DNA of 64,000 nt from an uncultured Pelagibacteraceae bacterium (GTDB lineage Bacteria; Pseudomonadota; Alphaproteobacteria; Pelagibacterales; Pelagibacteraceae): positions 44,278 to 108,277 of the forward strand of contig CABXOW010000001.1 of assembly GCA_902513955.1 (NCBI GenBank). The letters run 5' to 3'. The notes under the pieces are model-generated. The model worked only from the letters and a program-made list of their open reading frames with translations, was not told where the DNA came from and ran no database searches. Positions 29,278 through 38,951 of this stretch are shown one piece after another. Every line of letters begins with the position of its first letter. Position 1 is the stretch's first letter. The position numbers and the translations under genes are program-made.

Positions 29278-30435
29278 TTATTTTAGTATTTTTCTTATTT
29301 GTTTTAAAGAAAAAGGTAGAGGTTTTGCGCAAGTTGTTTTGATTGATTGAGATTTGCCTGACACACAAGCTTTCATTGTAGATTTGATAATATCTAAAAC
29401 ATGTAATGAAAGTTCACCATTGCATTTATTAACTTTTTTATTTTGAATTGAATAAGCCATTTCTGCTAATCCTACTCCTCGATAATTTGCATTTGTTGAA
29501 GACTCGTTTGCTCTAGAACTTTGTGATCTAATATTAATTTTTCCTAAAGGCATCTTGTTAGTTTTGTGCTCTTTCCAAGGATCTCCCAATTTTTTACAAA
29601 CATAAACGGAACCGCCAAACATATTTGGATCTGGTACGATCATCGAACCTTCGTTACCATAAAGCTCAATATGATTTTTTTGATGAACGTTTACATCAAA
29701 TGATAGTGTTAATCTAATAACTGTACCATTCTCAAAAGTAATTGTAGATAGATAAGTTGTTGGGCATTCAACTTTAAATGTTTTGTTTTTTCTTGGTCCT
29801 ATTCCAATAATTCTTCTCTTCACCCCATTAACAATACTACCTGATACTTTTTTAGCTGGTCCAAGTAAATTTACTAAAGCAGTTAAATAATAAGGACCCA
29901 TATCAATTACTGGGCCACCTTCTTTTTTTGCAAACCAAGGTTCAGGATTTGGATGATAAGACTGTACTCCTGGGAAAGCAAAAAAAGCATTTCCTAGATT
30001 AATTTTACCAATAATTTTTTTATCGACTATCTCTTTTGATTTTTGGATGCCACCACCTAAAAATGTATCTGGTGCATTACCAATATAAAGTTTTTTCTTT
30101 TTTGCTAATTTTAAAAGGTCTTTTCCATCTTTAAAATTTATAGATAATGGCTTTTCTGAATAAACATGTTTCCCATTACTTAAAGCTTTTTTTGCTACTT
30201 GATAATGTGCTTTAGGTATTGTTAGATTGAGAATAATTTCTATTTCTTTGTCTTTTAACAGCTCTTTTACAGTTAATGCTTTAATCTTATAGGTTTTTGC
30301 ACATTTTAATGAGTTTTTATGATTTATATCTGCACATTTAATAATTTTAATATTATTAAAATATTTTTCGGCTCTAAAATAAGTTTCAGAAATATGCCCA
30401 CAGCCTATTAAACCAACTTTAAACACTTTATTCAT
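29278..30435 (-). CDS. Gfo/Idh/MocA oxidoreductase
   Basis: GCGHIS, LNLT.P..H, YSEKP, GGPVIDMGPYY motifs. Confidence 0.88.
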   Translation of the reverse strand: MNKVFKVGLIGCGHISETYFRAEKYFNNIKIIKCADINHKNSLKCAKTYKIKALTVKELLKDKEIEIILNLTIPKAHYQVAKKALSNGKHVYSEKPLSINFKDGKDLLKLAKKKKLYIGNAPDTFLGGGIQKSKEIVDKKIIGKINLGNAFFAFPGVQSYHPNPEPWFAKKEGGPVIDMGPYYLTALVNLLGPAKKVSGSIVNGVKRRIIGIGPRKNKTFKVECPTTYLSTITFENGTVIRLTLSFDVNVHQKNHIELYGNEGSMIVPDPNMFGGSVYVCKKLGDPWKEHKTNKMPLGKINIRSQSSRANESSTNANYRGVGLAEMAYSIQNKKVNKCNGELSLHVLDIIKSTMKACVSGKSQSIKTTCAKPLPFSLKQIRKILK

Positions 30436-30442
30436 AAAAGAA

Positions 30443-32287
30443 TTATACGCCTTGTCTTTGTTTTGACTTTCCTTCTTTATGCAGTTTTAAAGCTTCTTTA
30501 TTCTCTTCAGTTATAGGTGCCTCTAATGTTGGACTGTCCCAAAAAGCTGAACCTTCCATCCATTTATAAGCATGAGTTTTTATTGAAATTACATAAGTTA
30601 TGTCTGATTTTTTTGCTCTCTTAAATGCTTCTTCAAGATCTGATAGTGAGCTTACTTCTTCTGATTTGGCTCCCATACTTGCTGCATGTTTGGCAAAATC
30701 AATATCAACTAGTCCAGGAGTTTTTGAGCTCTTTAATAAATTATTAAATTCTTTTCCACCTTTAAATAATTGAAGTCTATTTATAACTGCAAAACCACCA
30801 TTATCGCAAACAATTATGATAAGTTTATTTTTAGTGATAACAGAAGAATATATATCTGTATTATTTAAAAGATAAGATCCATCACCAACAAAAGAAATAA
30901 CTTCTTTGTCGGGATTTGCCATTTTGATTCCTAAAGCTCCAGATATTTCATAACTCATACAACTAAAGCCCCACTCTGTTTCATGGGTGTTTAATTCTCT
31001 AGGTCTCCAAACTTGGGCCACTTCTCCAACTAATCCACCTGCAGCTGTTACAGCAATATCTGAAGGATCAGAATTTCTATAGACAGAACCTATCACTTGA
31101 ACATAACTTGGTATTTCTTGATTAGAAGGTGCGCTCACATTATCTACATGCTCATTCCAAGCTTTTAATTCTACTTGAGATTTTTTATTCCATTCATCTT
31201 CTGCTTTCCAGTCACCAAGTGCTAATGAAAGCTCATTTAATGAAACTTTTGCATCTCCTACTACTGCTTGAGCCAAATGTTTGTTTGCATCAAATCTAGA
31301 AACATTTATTGAAACAAGTTTAAAATTTTCATTTTCAAAATTTGCCCATGATCCAGTTGTAAAGTCTGCAAGTTTTGTTCCTACTGCAATCGCGAGATCT
31401 GTTTTTTTAGCAAGAGAATTTGTATTTTTTCCTCCTAATCCTCCTATTTGACCTGCATAATGCGAATGATCCCTCTTCATTGTAGAATAACCCATTACAG
31501 TTTGAGTAACTGGAATATTGTGTTTGATTGCAAAATTGCTTAACTCCTCCATTGCATCAGAATAAAAAACTCCTCCACCAGAAATAATTATTGGATTTTT
31601 CGAGGACTTAATTTTTTGAGCCGCTTCTTTAATTTGAAATTCATCTGGTCGAGGTCTTCTAATAGTATGAATTTTTTCTTTAAAAAAATCTTCCGGATAA
31701 TCAAATGTCTGACCTTGGACATCTTGGCTTAAAGCTATACAGGCTGGACCGCAATCTGCCGGATCCAACATTGTTTGAACTGCCGTAGGAAAAGATTGGA
31801 TTATTTGTTCTGGCCTTGTAATTCTGTCAAAATACCGAGTTACTGGTTTAAAAGCGTCATTTACTGTAATTCCTGGATTATTAAAATGTTCTACTTGTTG
31901 TAAAACTGGATCTGGCATTCTATTTGCATAAGTGTCTCCTGGTAAAAATAAAATTGGTAATCGATTGCTCATCGCTACTGCAGCTGCTGTAACCATATTT
32001 GTCGCTCCAGGACCTACTGATGATGTTGCTACAAATATCTGCTGCCTTCTTTTTGCCCTAGCATAACCGATACCTGTTAAAGCCATATTTTGTTCATGAT
32101 GACCTCTATAAGTTGGAAGTTCTTTTTGATTTTCCTCTAACGCTTGTCCTAAACAAGCTACATTTCCATGACCAAAAATTCCAAATACACCTGGAAACAA
32201 AGGTTCTTTTTTCCCATTAATTAATATTTTTTGAGAAATTAAGTATTTAACAATTGCATGAGCACAAGTTAGTGTAATTTTTTTCAT
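30443..32287 (-). CDS. iolD: 3D-(3,5/4)-trihydroxycyclohexane-1,2-dione acylhydrolase (ThDP)
   Basis: GIFGHGNV, PDPVLQQ, DFTTGS, GFSCM.YEI, GDGSY motifs. Confidence 0.92.
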   Translation of the reverse strand: MKKITLTCAHAIVKYLISQKILINGKKEPLFPGVFGIFGHGNVACLGQALEENQKELPTYRGHHEQNMALTGIGYARAKRRQQIFVATSSVGPGATNMVTAAAVAMSNRLPILFLPGDTYANRMPDPVLQQVEHFNNPGITVNDAFKPVTRYFDRITRPEQIIQSFPTAVQTMLDPADCGPACIALSQDVQGQTFDYPEDFFKEKIHTIRRPRPDEFQIKEAAQKIKSSKNPIIISGGGVFYSDAMEELSNFAIKHNIPVTQTVMGYSTMKRDHSHYAGQIGGLGGKNTNSLAKKTDLAIAVGTKLADFTTGSWANFENENFKLVSINVSRFDANKHLAQAVVGDAKVSLNELSLALGDWKAEDEWNKKSQVELKAWNEHVDNVSAPSNQEIPSYVQVIGSVYRNSDPSDIAVTAAGGLVGEVAQVWRPRELNTHETEWGFSCMSYEISGALGIKMANPDKEVISFVGDGSYLLNNTDIYSSVITKNKLIIIVCDNGGFAVINRLQLFKGGKEFNNLLKSSKTPGLVDIDFAKHAASMGAKSEEVSSLSDLEEAFKRAKKSDITYVISIKTHAYKWMEGSAFWDSPTLEAPITEENKEALKLHKEGKSKQRQGV

Positions 32288-32377
32288 AAATTAAGTTTAA
32301 CTTTAATTATGTATAATGTTTATATATAATTAAACTATAAATTATAAAACCCAATTAAGTAAACTTAAAAAAAATCT

Positions 32378-33820
32378 ATGTATAACAAATTTGGACAATT
32401 CATTGACGGTAAATGGCAGCAAGCAGAAAAAAATGAAACATATGACGTAATTAACCCAGCTACTGAAGAAGTAATTGGAAAAGCATCAAAAGCATCATCT
32501 GTTGAAGTGCAGAGAGCTTTAAAATCTGCAGAAAAAGGTTTGGAAGTTTGGAAAAATACTGCACCATGGCAAAGAGCTTATACACTTAGAAAAATTGCTG
32601 ACTTAATGAGGAAAAAAAAAGATATTCTTGCAAAATGGCTAACTCTTGAAGTAGGAAAGCCTCTTGCAGAAGCTGTTGGTGAAGTTGGTGGTGGGGCTGA
32701 TATTTTTGAATGGAATGCAGAAGAGACAAAAAGAATTTATGGTCAAACACAACAAAGTAGATTCCCAGATACAAGAGTTCATGTTTATTATCAGCCAGTA
32801 GGAGTTGTTGCTGCTTTAATTCCTTGGAATTTTCCAATAGTTTTAGCATCAAGAAAAATTTCTACAGCTTTAGCAGCAGGATGTTCTGTTATTTGTAAAC
32901 CAGATACAATTACTCCTGGTGCAGTAATGGAATTAGTTAATATATGTAAAGAAGCGGGTGTACCAGATGGAGTAGTAAATCTTCTATCAGGTGATCCAGC
33001 TGAGATATCTAATGAACTAATGGAATCTGATATAATCAAAAAAGTTTCAATTACCGGCTCAACGAGAGTTGGTAAAATAATTTTAAAAAAAGCAGCTGAT
33101 AAAGTTCAAAGAGTTACAATGGAACTAAGTGGACACTCTCCTTTTATAGTATGTGAAGATGTGGACATGAACAAAGTTGCTGACATAGCGATTACTGGAA
33201 AGTTTAGAAATAATGGACAAGTATGTATCTCACCTAATAGATTTTATATCCAAGAAAATAGAAAAGATGAGTTTGTGAGTGCTTTTATGGATAGAGCAAA
33301 AAAATTAAAGATAGGTAATGGTATGGACGAAGGTGTTGAATTAGGGCCATTAAGTACCGCAAAAAGATTAGAAGAAATTGAAAAATTAGTAGAGAAAACA
33401 AAAAGTGAAGGTGCAAAAGTATTAATGGGTGGAAAAAGACCTGCTGGTTTTAATAAAGGTTACTATTATGAACCAACAGTTTTTGATGATGTAAAAGATA
33501 ATTTTACAATTATGAAAGAAGAACCTTTTGGTCCACTTGTGCCTATTTTAACTTTTAAAACCTTTGACGAAGTTATTGAAAGAGCAAATGATAATGATTT
33601 AGGTTTATGTAGCTATCTTTACACAAATTCAATGGACCAAGCTCATATTGGTTCTGAAAAATTAGAGTCTGGATGTGTTGCAGTTAATACTGGTGTAGTA
33701 GCATTGGCTGAAGCTCCTTTTGGAGGTATTAAACAAACTGGTTATGGACGCGAAGGTGGTTCTGGAGCAATCAAAGATTACTTAAATGTAAAATATACTC
33801 ATATGGGTCTAAAAATATAA
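32378..33820 (+). CDS. NAD-dependent aldehyde dehydrogenase, SSADH/alpha-ketoglutaric semialdehyde dehydrogenase (AraE)-like
   Basis: PWNFP, GDPAEIS, TGST, MELSGH, KFRNNGQVCISP, EPFGP motifs. Confidence 0.85.
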   Translation: MYNKFGQFIDGKWQQAEKNETYDVINPATEEVIGKASKASSVEVQRALKSAEKGLEVWKNTAPWQRAYTLRKIADLMRKKKDILAKWLTLEVGKPLAEAVGEVGGGADIFEWNAEETKRIYGQTQQSRFPDTRVHVYYQPVGVVAALIPWNFPIVLASRKISTALAAGCSVICKPDTITPGAVMELVNICKEAGVPDGVVNLLSGDPAEISNELMESDIIKKVSITGSTRVGKIILKKAADKVQRVTMELSGHSPFIVCEDVDMNKVADIAITGKFRNNGQVCISPNRFYIQENRKDEFVSAFMDRAKKLKIGNGMDEGVELGPLSTAKRLEEIEKLVEKTKSEGAKVLMGGKRPAGFNKGYYYEPTVFDDVKDNFTIMKEEPFGPLVPILTFKTFDEVIERANDNDLGLCSYLYTNSMDQAHIGSEKLESGCVAVNTGVVALAEAPFGGIKQTGYGREGGSGAIKDYLNVKYTHMGLKI

Positions 33821-33822
33821 CT

Positions 33823-34614
33823 ATGAGAAAAAATAAAGTTAAAGAAATGATGAAGGCAGGAAAACCTGTTGTTAATGGTTGGCTTCAAATACCAAGTACT
33901 GTTTCAGCTGAAGTAATGGCCCATCAAGGTTGGGACTCTCTAACAATTGATATGCAGCATGGTTTAGTTGATTACACTAATGCTCTTCCAATGCTGCAAA
34001 CGATTTCAACAACAGATGTTACTCCACTTGCTAGAGTCAATTGGAATGAACCAGGTCAAATAATGAAAATTCTTGATGCAGGTTGTTATGGTATTATCTG
34101 TCCAATGGTAAGCAATAAAGAAGAGGCAGAAAGATTTGTACAAGCATGCATGTATCCACCAAGAGGTTATAGAAGTTTTGGTCCAGTAAGAGGTTTGATT
34201 TATGGTGGTTCTGATTACGCAAAACATGCAAATGATGAAATGCTTAAATTAGCCATGATAGAAACAAAAGAATCTTTAGATAAGCTTGATGAAATTATGT
34301 CAACACAAGGTGTTGATGGAATATACATTGGTCCTGCAGATTTAAGTTTGGCTATAGGTGAAGAGCCAGGTTTCGATAGACCAGAAAGCACAAAAGCTTA
34401 TTCAGAAATTTTAAGAATTTTAGAGCACGCTAAAAAAAATAATATTTTTGCTGGTATTCATAACGGTACTCCAGAATATGCCAAAAAAATGATCGATAAA
34501 GGTTTTAATTTTGTAACAATTGGTGCTGATCAAAGAGCATTAAGCGCAGGTGCAAAAGCAGTAGTTGAACAAATGAAAGGTTTTTCTAAAAAAGAAGAAT
34601 CTAAAGCTTATTAA
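33823..34614 (+). CDS. HpcH/HpaI class II pyruvate aldolase (GarL/RhmA-like)
   Basis: IDMQHG, LDAG..GII.PM, YPPRGYRS, MIET, IGPADL motifs. Confidence 0.9.
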   Translation: MRKNKVKEMMKAGKPVVNGWLQIPSTVSAEVMAHQGWDSLTIDMQHGLVDYTNALPMLQTISTTDVTPLARVNWNEPGQIMKILDAGCYGIICPMVSNKEEAERFVQACMYPPRGYRSFGPVRGLIYGGSDYAKHANDEMLKLAMIETKESLDKLDEIMSTQGVDGIYIGPADLSLAIGEEPGFDRPESTKAYSEILRILEHAKKNNIFAGIHNGTPEYAKKMIDKGFNFVTIGADQRALSAGAKAVVEQMKGFSKKEESKAY

Positions 34615-34630
34615 TAAATTTTTACTATAT

Positions 34631-35038
34631 TCATTTGTAAAGAATATCTCTTCTATCAATAAACCCTTCAAAAGTTTTTATTGTAATTACAGATGGTAAA
34701 ATAAAAATAGATCTTTTGTCTTGTTCATTTCTAATTATTCTAAAATATCCTTTTTTAATTGCTGTATCAATATAAACATTTGACGTTAAATAAGATTTTT
34801 CAATTACTTTTAATAATTGATTTTTTGTAATTGATTTATTTTTATAATAAGCAAGCATTACCATATGCAACATAATCCAATGCTGAGGTGTTGTAGAAAA
34901 CCAATTAAGTAATTCATTCTCTAATCTACCTTCAAAATCACCTAGAGATACTTCAGCTAATTTAATTCTTTTTTGAGTAATTTTTGGAATTTTTTTCTGT
35001 TCTTCAAAATGTTTAGGGTACTTAAACTGTTTCTTCAT
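34631..35038 (-). CDS. Putative MarR-like winged-helix DNA-binding protein
   Basis: Helix pattern followed by KKGY....DKRS wing motif; 135 aa, basic. Confidence 0.55.
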   Translation of the reverse strand: MKKQFKYPKHFEEQKKIPKITQKRIKLAEVSLGDFEGRLENELLNWFSTTPQHWIMLHMVMLAYYKNKSITKNQLLKVIEKSYLTSNVYIDTAIKKGYFRIIRNEQDKRSIFILPSVITIKTFEGFIDRRDILYK

Positions 35039-35073
35039 TTTAAAATGTTATCTTAAAGAAAGTTAAATTAATA

Positions 35074-36042
35074 TTATTTTTTGTTAGCTAATTTCTTATA
35101 TATATTATTAACTCTATATACTTCATCAGCAGTATTAAAATAAGCCTCATATTCTATTTCTTCAGGTGTTACATCAAAGTGATAATGACCAGCAACATTG
35201 TCTTTTGTATAGGAATAAAAATGTGTGTGCTCACCAGACTCTCTTAAGTTGAGATCACCCCCAGAAGGGTCGCCTGTCCAAAGTATGCTATAACCTTGCA
35301 ATTCTGGTCCAACAGGTTCATAAAATTGTAAAAAATCTTTTACACACTTCATTTGTTTCGGATCATAGTATTCGTGCTTAATATCAGCGTAATCAGGTTG
35401 TACATGAGATCTAATTTTTCCATTTAAAATTCTAAAAACGCCTGCCAAAGCAATTTGGTTATTACCTTTAATTTGTAAATTATTAGACAAAGCTTTTCTC
35501 ATTGCTTGTGGCAAAGAACCCTGTTCACCAGATCTTCCTTTTATCTTAATTTTAATAACTTTTCCTTTAACACCATCAGTATAATAAACATTTCCTAAGC
35601 CACCATGTTTTCTTGCTGTATATTTTTCAGCAATACACTCTTTATTTAATCCAACTCGTGCTATTATTGATTTTGACTCAGAAGTAATCAAATTTTCATT
35701 TATTACTAGCTCTCCACAATGACCGTCTAGACATGACATTGCACCTGAACCAGCTCCTAGAGCATAAGATTTTTCAGAACCAATCATTTTTGAAATTTCC
35801 TCATAATCAAATTCAGCACCAATGAATTTAGGATCGTGCATATAAGGCTCTCCACCAACATCGATAATCTTTTGATTTCCACTAATACCTTCTGATGGAC
35901 AATCCCACTTTCTTAAGTTTGGACATTCAACAACTGATACCTCAACTGTTTTATAATTTTGTGATAAGCCTAATTGTAAAGCTTCAGAAATTTTTTCTAA
36001 TGGATATTCTGTAAATTTTGCTTTTTCTATTTCCAATTGCAT
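35074..36042 (-). CDS. DUF1907/C11orf54 (PTD012)-like zinc enzyme, candidate beta-keto-acid decarboxylase
   Basis: VSVVECPNL, DVGGEPY, LGAGSG, SHVQP, EHTHF, GHYHFDVTPE.IEY..YF are colinear with human C11orf54 as I recall it. Confidence 0.85.
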   Translation of the reverse strand: MQLEIEKAKFTEYPLEKISEALQLGLSQNYKTVEVSVVECPNLRKWDCPSEGISGNQKIIDVGGEPYMHDPKFIGAEFDYEEISKMIGSEKSYALGAGSGAMSCLDGHCGELVINENLITSESKSIIARVGLNKECIAEKYTARKHGGLGNVYYTDGVKGKVIKIKIKGRSGEQGSLPQAMRKALSNNLQIKGNNQIALAGVFRILNGKIRSHVQPDYADIKHEYYDPKQMKCVKDFLQFYEPVGPELQGYSILWTGDPSGGDLNLRESGEHTHFYSYTKDNVAGHYHFDVTPEEIEYEAYFNTADEVYRVNNIYKKLANKK

Positions 36043-36131
36043 TACTGTATTAAGCTATATTTTATTTTGCATAATGTCTATAGATAATATATATAATATC
36101 TATACATAAATTAATTTTGGAAAAGGCTTTA

Positions 36132-37076
36132 ATGATAAATAAAGATTTAAAAGTTGCTGTTTTAGGCGCTGGTGCAATGGGTTGTCTGTTTGGAGGTTTG
36201 TTAGCTGAAAAAGGACTAAACGTAATCCTAATAGATGTTTGGAAAGAACATGTAGAAGCTATAAATAAAAATGGTCTTAAAATGGATGGTCATGGTGGCG
36301 ATAGATTTATTAAAGTTAAAGCAACAACAGATCCATCAAGTGTAGATCCTGTTGATGCTATAATTGTAATGTGCAAAGCAACTGTCTTAGAGCCCGCTCT
36401 CAAAAGTATCAAAAATATCATTGGAGAAAAAACTGTATTTATGTCTTTTCAAAACGGTATTGGTCATGAAGCAATTATACAAAAAATTGTTGGCAAAGAA
36501 AAAGTATTGGGCGGAACTACGACACAAGCATCAAATATATTAGGCCCAGGTCATATAAAAAATCATGCTGCTCTACCTTCCTGGATTGGAGAATACGATG
36601 GTGGAGTAAGTGACAGGGTAAAAGAAATTGCTGACACATTTACAGCTCATGGTTTAGAAATGATTGCTGCTGAAGATGTTAAAAAAAGAAAATGGATGAA
36701 ATTATTTGCGCTTACTGCAATTGGCCCTTTATCTGCAATTTTTGATCTAAATCACACGGAACTTTATATTGATAATAATAATCAGTCTATTTCTAGATCT
36801 TTAGGCAAAGAAATAATTCTAGAAACTAGAAAAGTTGCTTTAGCTGAAGGAATAGAGGTTTCTGAAGATGAATGTCTGTTTATGTTCAATAAAATAGTGG
36901 ACTCAAAACAAACCAATAAATCATCGATGGCGTTTGATGTCCTATATAAAAGAAAAACAGAAATTGATTTTATTAGTGGTGAAGTGTCTAGGCTTGGAAA
37001 AAATCATAAAATCCCAACTCCTTTAAATGATCTAATGTATAAAATGATTAAAGTTAAAGAAGGAATGTATAGTTGA
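36132..37076 (+). CDS. Ketopantoate reductase (PanE/ApbA) family oxidoreductase
   Basis: GAGAMG, QNGIG, KWMKL, SSMAFD...RKTEID. Start placed at ATG 36132 after an AAGG RBS. Confidence 0.85.
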   Translation: MINKDLKVAVLGAGAMGCLFGGLLAEKGLNVILIDVWKEHVEAINKNGLKMDGHGGDRFIKVKATTDPSSVDPVDAIIVMCKATVLEPALKSIKNIIGEKTVFMSFQNGIGHEAIIQKIVGKEKVLGGTTTQASNILGPGHIKNHAALPSWIGEYDGGVSDRVKEIADTFTAHGLEMIAAEDVKKRKWMKLFALTAIGPLSAIFDLNHTELYIDNNNQSISRSLGKEIILETRKVALAEGIEVSEDECLFMFNKIVDSKQTNKSSMAFDVLYKRKTEIDFISGEVSRLGKNHKIPTPLNDLMYKMIKVKEGMYS

Positions 37077-37943
37077 ATGATAAATATAGGAAAATTAAAA
37101 AAAATTAAAAATAATTTTCCTGTTTTAGTTGCTGAAAAAGCTATTCCTAAAAATATCTGTAAAAATTTAATCTCTGAAATAAGTTCATCTAAATCATTTG
37201 ATGATATAATAATGGGAGGAAGAAGTAGAATAAACAAAGGTTCAAAAAATTTCAAAATTTATTTAAAAAACTCTAAATATTCATTAAAGTTATTTAAGAA
37301 ATTTAATAATAAAATTTTTTTTAAAAAAATAGAAAAAATATTTAAATCAAAATTTAAAGAAAATACTTGGACAAATTTATACAATCCAAGATCATTTAAT
37401 TCAAAGAAGTTTACACTTAAAAGAAAAGTTAATTCCAAAGAGCTAACAAAATTATTAGGTGATAATTATAGAAATCCGATACTTAATTTGGATATAGATT
37501 TTTCAGTTTCTAAGGGTGGTTATCGTTTAAAACCTCATAGAGATGATGTTAATAGATTATATAATTTTTTAATTTATCTTACAGATATACCTAAAAAAAA
37601 TGGTGGTTCACTTACTCTATATAAAAAAAAATATAAGAAAATTATAAGAAAAAGTTTTAGAAGATTTCCAAAAGGTAGTGAGCTAAAAATTGTTAAAGAA
37701 TTTACTCCCAAACAAGGAACTGTTATCTTTTTTAAGTCTACACCGAATTCATATCATGGAGTTAAAAGATTTAAAGAATTTAACTGTCCAAAAAGATTTT
37801 TTATTTATGGAAGTTATGCATTAAACAAACCTGTTATCTGGTCATTTAAAAATAATAATTATTTTCCGACTATTGTACCTAATAATAAAAGAATGCTTAC
37901 TTCTTTTCATGATTCAAATTATCTGCTAAAAAAGACTAGCTAA
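37077..37943 (+). CDS. Fe(II)/2-oxoglutarate oxygenase superfamily protein
   Basis: PHRDD (HxD), LIYL, GGSL, distal SYHGV and R. Confidence 0.78.
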   Translation: MINIGKLKKIKNNFPVLVAEKAIPKNICKNLISEISSSKSFDDIIMGGRSRINKGSKNFKIYLKNSKYSLKLFKKFNNKIFFKKIEKIFKSKFKENTWTNLYNPRSFNSKKFTLKRKVNSKELTKLLGDNYRNPILNLDIDFSVSKGGYRLKPHRDDVNRLYNFLIYLTDIPKKNGGSLTLYKKKYKKIIRKSFRRFPKGSELKIVKEFTPKQGTVIFFKSTPNSYHGVKRFKEFNCPKRFFIYGSYALNKPVIWSFKNNNYFPTIVPNNKRMLTSFHDSNYLLKKTS

Positions 37944-37944
37944 A

Positions 37945-38940
37945 ATGAAGAGCAACTCAAAAATTAAAGAAATCTTAAAGAGAGATGGGTTTGTAAAAGT
38001 AAAAAACATTTTAAATTTCAATAAAGATTTAAAACCTATCATGAAGGACATGGAATTCGTTATGGACTGCCTCATCCAAAAGTTCGCTCCCAAAATTTAC
38101 AAAAATAGAGCATTAAATTATGATTTTAGAAAAAAATACACATATGTATCTAAATTAAATATTTATGATCTGGATCAATATTTCAATACGAGATTACCTA
38201 GAGATCATGTTAAGAAAGATAGTGATTACTTTGCTTCACATTCACTTTGGAATCTAATTACAAATAAAAAAATATTAGATGTTGTGGAAAAAATTTTAGG
38301 TTCTGAAATTTTATCTAGCCCAGTACAAAATACTAGAATTAAACAACCAGAAAAAAAATTGCCTAAAGGATCAGTGCATGATGGTTTGAGTGGCAGAACA
38401 CCTTGGCATCAAGATGCGGCTGTATTGTCTACTCACGGTCAAAAATTTTGTGATATGGTTACTGTTTGGATACCATTCACTAAAACAACTAAAAACAACG
38501 GGTGCATGATTACGGTTAAAGAAATTAATAAAATGGGATTACTAAACCATATATCTGGATACAAAGGACAAGTAGAAATTAAAAATAGTAAACTTTTAGA
38601 TAAATTTAAACCAATATATCTACAGGCCGATGTGGGTGACATTATACTTTTGCATAAACATTCAATACATTGCTCGCTTCCAAACAAATCTAATAATTTT
38701 AGAATTAGTGCTGATTTAAGATATAATAGAGCTGGAACACCTTCGGGACGTAAACCCTTACCTAACTTTTATGTCAGAAGTAAAAACAAAAAAAATATTA
38801 AAATTCATAATTACAAACAATGGGTAGCTCTTTGGGAAAAAGCTAAAAATAAATGTATACCAAGAAAATATGCTTTTAAATATCCTTTACCAACTTTTAA
38901 ACATAACAATAGAGATCTATCAAATTTATTAACAAAATAA
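37945..38940 (+). CDS. Phytanoyl-CoA dioxygenase (PhyH) family Fe(II)/2OG oxygenase
   Basis: RDGFV, TPWHQD, VWIP....NGC, GD....H...H.S.PN...RISADLRY motifs. Confidence 0.85.
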   Translation: MKSNSKIKEILKRDGFVKVKNILNFNKDLKPIMKDMEFVMDCLIQKFAPKIYKNRALNYDFRKKYTYVSKLNIYDLDQYFNTRLPRDHVKKDSDYFASHSLWNLITNKKILDVVEKILGSEILSSPVQNTRIKQPEKKLPKGSVHDGLSGRTPWHQDAAVLSTHGQKFCDMVTVWIPFTKTTKNNGCMITVKEINKMGLLNHISGYKGQVEIKNSKLLDKFKPIYLQADVGDIILLHKHSIHCSLPNKSNNFRISADLRYNRAGTPSGRKPLPNFYVRSKNKKNIKIHNYKQWVALWEKAKNKCIPRKYAFKYPLPTFKHNNRDLSNLLTK

Positions 38941-38951
38941 ATTTTCCTAAT

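Noticed and set aside
32378-33820. Aldehyde dehydrogenase as IolA/MmsA
   Set aside because: It has PWNFP and KFRNNGQVC (SSADH/AraE type) rather than the PFNFP and AGQRCMA of methylmalonate-semialdehyde dehydrogenases.
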